A stretch of 63,225 nucleotides of DNA, taken from the IMG/VR virus record IMGVR_UViG_3300005530_000001, one strand, 5' to 3'. The position numbers were made by a program, and so were the translations under genes. Source of the DNA: an uncultured virus (IMG/VR IMGVR_UViG_3300005530_000001) (lineage: Duplodnaviria; Heunggongvirae; Uroviricota; Caudoviricetes). This document shows positions 46,456 through 55,900 of the stretch, piece after piece. A model generated the notes under the pieces. That model made no database searches. It was not told the DNA's origin and saw only the letters and a list, made by a program, of their open reading frames with translations. Numbering within the stretch: position 1 is the first letter of the stretch; each line of letters starts with the position of its first letter.

Positions 46456-48019
46456 CCCCGCGCCACGCTCTACCTCAACTCGTCGCTCCCCACCCAGCCG
46501 CGCCAAGCGCAAGGCCGCGGTCGAAGTCTCGGTCGCGACCTTTGGCCCGCAGTCCGGGCCCCAGGAACTCTTCTTCCAGAGCCCGGCCGACATCGCCATC
46601 TACGGCGGCGCCGCGGGGGGTGGCAAGACGTGGGGCCTGCTCATCGAAGCCGCGCGCTGGCTCCGGGAGGTCTCGGGCTACGGCGCCGTCATCTTCCGGC
46701 GCACGCATCCGGAGATCCGCAATCAGGGCGGCATGTGGGATGAGAGCTTCAATCTCTACCAGGCCGCGCCGCTGTCCGGCATCCCGAACGAGACGCGGCT
46801 GGAATGGACGTTCCCGCCCTACGGCAACACGGTCACGTTCGCCCACATGCAGCACGAGCACGATCGGTTCAAGTGGCAGGGCGCGCAGATCCCGCTCATC
46901 GGCTTCGATGAGTTGACGACCTTCACCCGCGCCCAGTTCTTCTTCATGCTCTCCCGCAACCGCTCGGCCTGCGGCATCCGGCCCTACATCCGGGCCACGA
47001 CGAACCCCGACGCCGATAGCTGGGTCGCGGAGTTCATCGCCTGGTGGATCGACCAGACCACGGGGCTGCCGATCCCCGCGCGCGCGGGCGCCTTGCGCTG
47101 GTTCAAGCAGGACCCCAGCAGCGACAAGGTCATCTGGGCCGACACGGAGGCGGAACTGCTCGATCCCGACGATCCGGACAACCGCCCGTTGTCGGTGACC
47201 TTCATCCCCGCCAACGTTTACGACAACACGGTCCTCCTGGAGCGCGACCCCGAGTATCTCCGCAAGCTCATGCAGTTGCCCTACGTCGAGCGTCAGCGCC
47301 TGCTCGGCGGCAACTGGAAGATCCGGCCCTCGGCCGGACTCATCTTCAACCGCGGCTGGTTCGACATCGTGGACGAAGTGCCGCACAACGTGCTGGCCCG
47401 GGTGCGCTACTGGGACAAGGCCGCGACGCCGCCCGCCCCGCCCCAGCCCGGCAAACCGGCCAAGCGGCCGAGCAGTTCCTGGGCGGTGGGGGCTCGGCTG
47501 GCCGTCACGACCGATGGGCGCTTCTTCGTGGAAGACATCGTCCGGGGGCAGTGGCTGGCCCCGGAACGCAACCGGGTCATGCTCCAGACGGCCGAGCGGG
47601 ACGGGCACATGGTCTTCGTCTGGATCGAGCAGGAGCCGGGCTCCGGGGGCAAGGAGTCTGCCGAAATCTCGCAGGACCAGTTCAGGAAGGCGGGTATCCT
47701 GGCCGAGATCGAACGCGTCACGGGCGAGAAGGTGGTGCGGGCGCAGCCCATGTCCTGGCAAGCCGAGCAGCGCAACGTCAAGCTCGTGCGGGCGGACTGG
47801 AACGAGGCCTACCTGGCGGAGTTGGATCGGTTTCCGGACGGCCTGGCGGATGACCAGGTCGACGCGAGCAGCGGGGCGTTCAACAAGCTCGCGCGGCTGT
47901 ACGAGGAGGTCGTGCAGTACGGCTTCCAGCCGGACGACGTGGGGACCGAGATGCACGAGGCGCCGCCCGTGGTCGAGGTCGGTGATCCCATCATCGAGTC
48001 CGAGATCTTCCAGTCTTGA
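46439..48019 (+). CDS. terL: Terminase large subunit
   Basis: YGGAAGGGKT (Walker A), IGFDELT (Walker B), ATTNP, RYWDKA, EQEPGSGGK, DDQVDA. Confidence 0.97.
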   Translation: MARPANPAPRSTSTRRSPPSRAKRKAAVEVSVATFGPQSGPQELFFQSPADIAIYGGAAGGGKTWGLLIEAARWLREVSGYGAVIFRRTHPEIRNQGGMWDESFNLYQAAPLSGIPNETRLEWTFPPYGNTVTFAHMQHEHDRFKWQGAQIPLIGFDELTTFTRAQFFFMLSRNRSACGIRPYIRATTNPDADSWVAEFIAWWIDQTTGLPIPARAGALRWFKQDPSSDKVIWADTEAELLDPDDPDNRPLSVTFIPANVYDNTVLLERDPEYLRKLMQLPYVERQRLLGGNWKIRPSAGLIFNRGWFDIVDEVPHNVLARVRYWDKAATPPAPPQPGKPAKRPSSSWAVGARLAVTTDGRFFVEDIVRGQWLAPERNRVMLQTAERDGHMVFVWIEQEPGSGGKESAEISQDQFRKAGILAEIERVTGEKVVRAQPMSWQAEQRNVKLVRADWNEAYLAELDRFPDGLADDQVDASSGAFNKLARLYEEVVQYGFQPDDVGTEMHEAPPVVEVGDPIIESEIFQS

Positions 48020-48036
48020 GGGGGTGAACGGAGCCC

Positions 48037-49947
48037 ATGGCCAAGAAGCGGAGCAGTCGAGCGGCGGCCCAGCCCAGCGAGGCGGCCCTCCGCCGGGAAC
48101 TGCAGCGCGCCGAACTGGAGTTGTCGCTCACGGAGGCCAAGTACACCGCGGGCCTCATGCAGCAGTTGATGGGCGCCGAGCAGCGCCTCTCCGAGGCGCA
48201 GATGGTCATGGCCGAGCCCGAGGATCGGGGCTGGGACCCGATCTCTTCCGGCAGCAGCCTGAGCCCGAGCAAGCCCATGCTGGGCGAGAGCCGTGATAGC
48301 CAGACCCTCCGGCGGCAGATGTATCGCTTCTGGCGCTACCACGCCCACGGACGCGGCATCCTGCGCAACTTCGTGCGCTTCATCATCGGCACCGGCTTCA
48401 GCCTCGACTTCGATGACATCGACCGCGGCAACTGGACCGACAGCAAGAAGACCGCGGTCAAGATCACCACCAAGGATGACGATCCGGTCCTGGCCAATCT
48501 GATCTGGAGCGACTTCGTCAAGCGCAACGTCTTCAAGCAGCGAGCGAAGGAGATCATCCTCCGCGTCTTCCGCGACGGCGAGATGTTCCTGCGGAAGTTC
48601 GAGCGCGCGGGGCGGATCACCGTGCGCTTCGTGGAGCCGGAGCGCGTCAGCAACGGCATGCAGACCAACCTCGTGGGTACGGTCCAGGCCGGAGATCTGG
48701 AGGATGACAGCCAGGTCGGCGAACCCACGCGCGTCATGCAGGGGATCGAGTTCCTGCAGGACGACATCGAGACCGTGGTGGCCTACCACACCCAGGTCAT
48801 GGTGCCGGGGCAGGGGACGGTGCTGAAGCAGGAGCGCATCCCCGCCAAGGACATGATCCACGTCAAAGCGCTCTGCGACATGAACGACCTGCGCGGCATC
48901 CCCATGCTGGAGGTCGTGGCCAAGAAGCTCGTGAACTACGACCAGTGGGAAGAGTACCGGCTGATCCTCAACAAGATGCGCACCGCGGTGGCGCTCGTGC
49001 GCAAGGTCACGGGCACCTCCAGTCAGGCCGAGGCCATCATCGCCAACCGCATGAGCCCGCGCCAGCAGCCCCAGCGCCTGGAGCCCGTCACCGGCTCGGG
49101 CCGTCGCGAGGCCATGTTCCGCCCCGGCACCACGCTGACCCCGAGCCCGGGGGTCGAGTACGACTTCATCAGCCCGAACCTCCAGGCCCGCGATGCGGCG
49201 GAGGACGGGCGACGCTTTCTCATGTCCATCGCCGCGGGCGTGGGCCTGCCCGAGATGCTGGTCACGGGGGATTGGTCCAACGGCAACTTCGCCAGCGCGG
49301 TGACCGCCCAGACCCCCGCGGTGCGCGAGTGGGAGGACTGGCAGGAGTTCTTCGAGCCGTGCTTCCAGAAGGTCTACGAGTGGGTGATCGAGGCCGCGGT
49401 GGCGGGCCTGGGCGCGCCCGAGGACATGAGCCGCGAGGTCACCATCCAGTGGCCGCCGCTCATCGCCAAGGACGCCTTCCGCGAGACCGAGCGCCTCATG
49501 AACCTCTGGGCCTCCGGGGTGTTGAGCAAGCAGACGTGGTCGGCGCAGGAGGACCTCAACTTCGATGACGAGCAGGAGAACCTCCACGACGAAGCGGTGA
49601 TGGAGGCCGAGAACCCGGTGCCCGTGCACCAGGTCGACGTGGCGACGCTCCCGACCCGGCCGAAGGAAGGGCAGAACGCGGGGCCGTTGCCTAGCCCGAA
49701 GACCGGCAAGAATCCCTACGTGGCCGACATCCGCAGCACGATCGCTACCGCGACCGAAGCCAAGGACGCCTTCCGCGAGAGCCTGGCCCTGCTGGAGGCC
49801 GATCTGGACGGCGTTGCGGACCCCGCGTTGCGGGGCAGCCTGGAGCGCTACATGGCCACCGCCAACCGGGTGCTCGCCTTCACGGGGCGCCCAGGGAGTA
49901 CGCATGCGCCACGTCCGGCGCACCGTCGGGCGCGCGCGCGACGTTAA
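48037..49947 (+). CDS. Portal protein
   Basis: Follows terL; RDGEMF, VRFVEPE, RGIPML, AGVGLPE...GDWSNGNFASA. Confidence 0.9.
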   Translation: MAKKRSSRAAAQPSEAALRRELQRAELELSLTEAKYTAGLMQQLMGAEQRLSEAQMVMAEPEDRGWDPISSGSSLSPSKPMLGESRDSQTLRRQMYRFWRYHAHGRGILRNFVRFIIGTGFSLDFDDIDRGNWTDSKKTAVKITTKDDDPVLANLIWSDFVKRNVFKQRAKEIILRVFRDGEMFLRKFERAGRITVRFVEPERVSNGMQTNLVGTVQAGDLEDDSQVGEPTRVMQGIEFLQDDIETVVAYHTQVMVPGQGTVLKQERIPAKDMIHVKALCDMNDLRGIPMLEVVAKKLVNYDQWEEYRLILNKMRTAVALVRKVTGTSSQAEAIIANRMSPRQQPQRLEPVTGSGRREAMFRPGTTLTPSPGVEYDFISPNLQARDAAEDGRRFLMSIAAGVGLPEMLVTGDWSNGNFASAVTAQTPAVREWEDWQEFFEPCFQKVYEWVIEAAVAGLGAPEDMSREVTIQWPPLIAKDAFRETERLMNLWASGVLSKQTWSAQEDLNFDDEQENLHDEAVMEAENPVPVHQVDVATLPTRPKEGQNAGPLPSPKTGKNPYVADIRSTIATATEAKDAFRESLALLEADLDGVADPALRGSLERYMATANRVLAFTGRPGSTHAPRPAHRRARARR

Positions 49948-52900
49948 CACCCACCTCCAGGATCACTTCCTGCGCCGCGCGATGCTGCAGCGGCGCTGGG
50001 AGAATGCCGCCTGCCGGGACGTGGACACCGTCCTCAAGCAGACGACCACCGCGATCACGAGCCTCGTGCACAACGCTGGGATCTTCCCCCCGCGCAAGCT
50101 CACGCCCGCAGAGCGGCCGGGCTTCGCCTTCCTCGATCCGGTCCGCCACGACAAGCTCAAGCTCCTGCTGAGCCAGATCGCGATGACGCTGGCGCACTAC
50201 GTGCGCGGCAGCGTGGAATCGCTCCGCGGAGACCTGCGCTCCCTGGCCCAGGTCGAACTGCACCTGGTGCCGAAGGAGATGCAGGACATCCTCGATCACC
50301 ACGTCAAGAAGCACGGGCTCATGGAGGCCGCAGCCGACGACTGTCATTGGATTACCAAGAACGGTCACCGCATCTGTATTTCCGACGGGCATGCTGAGCA
50401 CGGCCACGTCGAGATAGACCCCACGCTCGCCCCGATTGCGGGGCGCATCCAGCGCGTGGTGGGTCGCCTGAACCAGAAGTATGGGCCGCTCGTTACAGCC
50501 GTGAAGTCCAGTGGCCTGACGGGAGACGTCCTCGCCCACAAAAGCAAAGACACCATCTATCTACGCTCCGATAAGGCCCTGGACACGGAGTTCTGGCGGC
50601 AGCACGAAAAGGAGTGGGCCGGACTCCGGATCGATCCCTCGCTGGAGGGTGTTCTCACCCACGAGTACGGACATGTGTTGTTCACGCGTGCCCTGAACAC
50701 TGATCCCGAACGGTACAATCAGGAGATCGCCCCGCTGGCCGCTGACACCGCCGTGGCCACCTCCGCGTATGGCCAGGAGCACTCGGTTGAAAACGAGGCC
50801 GAGGCCTTCGCGGCGATCGAAGCGGGCCGTCACGCATGGGGCCTGGAGACCGAGATGACCGGGCAGGCCATGGCGCGGGCCCGGCAGATGGTGTCGGCGG
50901 CCATGGCTATCCTGAAAGGCCAGACTCAACAGGAGGCCCTGGACGACCCCACGGCCGACGACTTCGACCCCGACCTCTACTTCACGTCCGGCCGCAAGGC
51001 GCTGATCCCGCCCGCCCCCACCCCGCTCCCCAAGATCCTGCGCGGCAGCCCGAACAGCTTCCTGACGGAACTGCTGGGCACCCCGCTCGGCGGGGCCTTC
51101 TACCAGACCTCCTTCGCCGATCTGGGCGCGAGCCTCGTGAGCGGCATCCGCAACATCCTCCTGGGCGGGCTCATGAGCGGCGAGGGCGTCGCCCCCGTGG
51201 CTCGACGGCTCCAGGGCCTGCTCGGGGGCGCCCGCTACAAGTCCGAGCGCATCGTGCGGAGCGAGTTCGGGCGCGTGGCCAACCAGGCCGCGCTCACGTC
51301 CTTCGCCCAGAACAGCGACGTCATCCAGGCCGTGCAGTGGATCTCGACGCTCGATGATGCGACGTGCTTGCAGTGCGGGGAACTGGACGCGCGCACCTGG
51401 GAGAGCTTCGCCGCCGCCCCCGTGCCCGTGGCCGACACGCATCCGAACTGCCGCTGCCGCCTGATCCCGGTGGTCAAGGGCGCCGAGGATCTGGGGCTGC
51501 CCGAGGGCACGCGCGCGAGCTTCAACGGGCAGGTGCCCGCGAGCCTCGACTACGAGACCTGGTTCGATCAGCAGGACGACGCCTTCCAGCGGGAGGTCCT
51601 GGGCCCGACCCGCTATCGGCTCTACGCCTCCGGGCAGGCCGACCTCTCCGACTTCGCCACCGCCAGCGGCGTGCGGCGCGTGCGCGATGTCCTGGCGGAT
51701 CTCGCCGAAGCCAACGTGGGGGAGTGTCACTGGATCACGAAGCACGGGCGGCCCATCTGCATCACCGGCAGCCACCTGCATCCGACCCCGCCACCGAGTG
51801 GCCCGATCCAGGCCACGCTGCCCGGCCTGCGGGACTGGACGCCCCCGACCCCCGAAGATCTGGCGCGCCAGGAATGGCTCGACGCGCAGCGGGCGGCCGA
51901 TCTGGACGCGATGCACGCGCTCTGGGCCACGCTCGACGGCACCGAGGTCGAGGTCCCGGGCCCCGAGACCTGGGCCGCGCTGACCGAGGCCCAGCAGGAG
52001 CAGGTCCAGAACGCGTGGGAAGACGCGCACGTCGAGGACTACATCGACCAGGCCAAGGAGGACTGGATCAACGACACGGGCGCGGCGGACGTCACGCAGG
52101 CGATGAACGACGACACCGATCTGCAGCGCCGCGTCGTGGAGAAGGCGCTCACCAAGGCGCTCGGCCCGGAACGCGCCGCCGCCCTGCTCGACACCGAGGA
52201 CGTCGCGGCGAACCTCCGCAGTCTGGCCGGAGGATCACTCAGCATCCGGTCGGTGGCGGGCAACGACGCGGCGACCCAGGAGGAAGCGCGCGTGATGTAC
52301 CTGGAGGCGGGCCGCCTCTGGGAGGACGAATACAACGAGCGCATCAGCGATCTGGAGGTGCCGGAAGATGTGACCCAGGGTGCCTACGAGGCGGCCTCGG
52401 AGGCCTTCGCGGGGTTGGACGACGAGTCGAAGGACGAACTCGCCAAAGCGATGTTCGGCGGCGCGCAACGGGTCGACCTCACGGCACCGGACCGTTGGCG
52501 GGTGACGCTCGATCCGCACGCGTCCGCCGAGGCGCGCGATGAATACCTTGCGACGGGCCGGATTGCGAACGCGCTGGTCGCGGCCCGAGCCGATCAGTTG
52601 TGGCGCGCCCGCTACCCGGAGGAGTCGACGCCCGATTTCCAGAACCTCGCGTCCGGCTTCTGGCGGGACTGGAAGAAGGACTCCTTCCATGAGGGCACCC
52701 TCGACATGCACCAGGCGCTGGTGCAGGAGTTGAGCGCCAACACGCGTGGGCAGGAATACGCCACCGCGGAGCGCAAGGGCATCGAGACGCTCACGCCCAG
52801 CCACGCCGACCGGGTCTACACGCGCGCCCTCTGGGATACGACCCAGTTCCTGCTCACGAAGGCAGGGGTGACCGAGATGGATCTCTACCGCTCGATCATC

Positions 52901-55900
52901 CTGCCCGCCGAGGTCGCGCACCGCGAGCCCACGCTGCCGATCACGCCTGCGGCAGCCTCCGGGTCGGGCTCGGCGGTGGATCTGCGGATTCCTCCCGGAG
53001 GCTACGTCAAATATCCCTCGCTCGCGCTGCAGCAGAATCCGGCGCAGTCGTTCACCTTCTCTGATCAGGTCGCGAACACCTGGGACGGCGTGGGCTCCTC
53101 GCCGCCGGGTGGCCAGCGGGTCGTGCTCCGCGCCAAGGTGCCGAGCACCGCGATCTGGTCGCTGCCGCTCTACGGCAAGAACATCCAGCACGAGCAGGAG
53201 GCGGTGGTGCTGGGCACGCCGTGGAAGAAGTGGGACGCCTGGATGGGCTTCGCGCCCCCGCCCGCCGTGCTGGCCCTGGAGGCGCTGGTGGAGGCGGGCC
53301 CCATGCAGCAGGACGGCACGCCCGCCCGGCCGGAGCAGTTCGTGATCGACCTGGCCAACCCCGCGTTGACCGGCGGCCAGCACTGGCTCTGGCACGGGCG
53401 GTTCGTAGACACGCAGCAGGAAGCGGGCACCGACTGCCGCTGGATCACCAAACACGGCCGCCGCATCTGCATCGCCCCGGGCCACGCCCACACCGACCCC
53501 GGCGCGACGCAGGCGCTGACGGGCCACCTCCCGGCCGCGGCCCGGTTCCTCACCGATCAGGGCTGGCTGCACGTCTCGGCCTCCCCGACGGAGGAGGGGC
53601 AACACCAGTCCATCGTCTACCGCGAACCGCAGAGCGGCGACCGGATGACCGTCTTCGCCAACGGCGACTGGGTGCACGTGTTCGCCGACGGCACGGCGAC
53701 CGAGGGCCACCGCCTCGCCGGGCTCAAGCTCCACCTCTTCGCGCGGGACTTCCTGGGGCCAACGCTCCGCGATCCCTCCGCCCAACTGGAAGCGGCCGAC
53801 GCCGAGGCCTGTCACTGGATCACCAAGAATGGCCGTCGCATCTGCATCACGGGCGGCCATACCCACGCTGCGCCCGTGCGGTTCGCGGCCTCGCTCGGGA
53901 TCGAGCGCAAGAACATGCCCCAGATCCGGGCGAAGGACATGGGGGAGTTCCTGGCCTGGGTTTCGGAGCAGGGCGTGACGATCACGCGCGAGACCGTCCC
54001 GGCCTCCAGCCTGCGCCCCGCCCAGGCGCACTACAACCCCGAGCAGGTCGCGCAGATGCAGCGCGAGAACATGACCAAGCCGCTCGTGGTCTCCCGCGAT
54101 CACTACATCCTCGACGGCACGCATCGCTGGGTGCGGTTCACCCAGGACGATCCCACGCAGGCCGTCACCGTGCTGCGGATCGATCGGCCCGCGACCGAGG
54201 CCATCGACCTCATGAAGCGGTTCCCGAAAGCGGAGGTGCAGGACATCACCGACATCGGGGCGCCCCGCGGCCGAGCGCTCGCGCCTGCCCTGGCGGAAGC
54301 CGCGGATGCCGACTGCCGGTGGATCACCAAGAACGGCCGCCCGATCTGCATCCGCCAGGGGCACGGCGAGCACGAGCGGATCGGTACCGTCGCGAGTCTG
54401 CCGAAGCGGACCTCCGTTCCCGTCACCGGGCTCGTCCAGATCTCCAAGGGCTCAGAGTCCAAGGTCTACGACGGGCGCGTCAAGGCCGGGCGCCCCGTCA
54501 TCGTCTATCGCGGAGTCGGCACCCTGAAAGAGATTGATGATGCCGTGGCCGCGGGCGCATGGGAATCGCAAGGCGACTGGGTCACCCAGTGGGAGGGCCG
54601 CACCCAGGTCGCGACGGGCCCGCTCGATCTCGCGTTGACGGCGCAGTACCCCTTCCTCGTCCAGGTGGACATCCAGGGCTTGCCGGTCCGAGCCGTGCAT
54701 TTCACCACCGGCCCGAACCGGGTGAACGTGAAGTCCGGAACCGTCTCCGGCCTGGATCACGCGATGGGCCTGGGCGTGACGGCGCCCATCCCGCTCGATC
54801 GCATCAAGAACATCTGGAGCGTCGAACGTCCCTCGCTGAAGCTCACGAGCGTCAAGTCGCTCTTCCCTACGCTCGCGCTCCAGGAGGCGGGCGAGGACTG
54901 CCACTGGATCACGTACCAGGGCCGTCGCATCTGCATCACGGGCGGGCACGCCCATGCGGGGGCGTCGTCCACCGTCGTCACCACCACCGAGGAAGCCGCG
55001 CTCAGCCCGAAGGATCGGGCGAAGTTCGAGAAGGGCCTGGCCGCCTACGGGCTCACGCGCGAGGGCATGCGGGCTGAGATCCTCGCCAAGATCTCGAATG
55101 CCGACGGCACGGTCAACGTGCAACTCCTGGCGGAAGCGCGGCACTGGTATCCCGACGCGCACGCCTTCGCCACCGATCTGATGGGCAAGGCTCCCATCAC
55201 CCTGGAACAGGCGGTGGGCGTGATCGCGGCGCTCTCGCCCCAGAATCCGTGGGAGTACAAGACCCAGTACGGCCTGGCGGGCAACAAGGTGGACGCGGCT
55301 TCCGTCGTCCGCTACTTCGCCGACCACACCGAAGATCACCAGACGCCCGCGGAACTAGCCGCGGGCGTGAAGGCGCTCTACGACCCCAACGGCCACAATG
55401 CCGACCGGCACCTGGGTCCCGGCATGCTCTCGCCCACGTCGAGCGTCGAGAAGGCGTTCTCGATCCTGCGCGACGGTTCGGCCGCCAACCTCGCCGAGCA
55501 ACTGGGCACGCTCAAGACCGCGAGCTTCTACAACAACATCCTCGCGCCCGGCCAGACGCGCGCGGTGACCATCGACGGCCACATGGCCAAGGCCATCGCC
55601 TACGCGGCGCTGGCGCAGGGCCGGGCCATGCCCAAGGACGGCCCGGGCCCGAAGGGCGAGCGCCTGGGCAGCGTCACCTCGATGATGGACGCGAAGGTCT
55701 GGGGCTCCATCGGTCACGTGCTGGTGGCGGATCAGGTCCGGCAGGTCGCCGACACCCTGCACGAGAGCCCCGACACGATTCAGGCCGCCTACTGGCTCGC
55801 CGTCCAGCCGAACAACCCGTTCAAGGGGACGTACGAAGCATGGCGCCCCGGCGCGTTCGGCTGGCGGCGCGACCAGACGGTCAGTGAGGCAGACCAGGAC

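Noticed and set aside
49814..49903. 5' extensions given by the ORF track for many genes (e.g. 49814, 60255, 44650, 20433, 9098)
   Set aside because: They overlap upstream genes in another frame; downstream starts have an RBS or stop/start coupling
46439..49947. Intein or intron in terminase or portal
   Set aside because: Lengths and motif spacing are ordinary; no splicing motifs seen
53490..53780. HicA-like toxin call for the third MuF module
   Set aside because: Only a loose LxxxGW...YxxP..G...TV resemblance without the GSH motif; left unassigned
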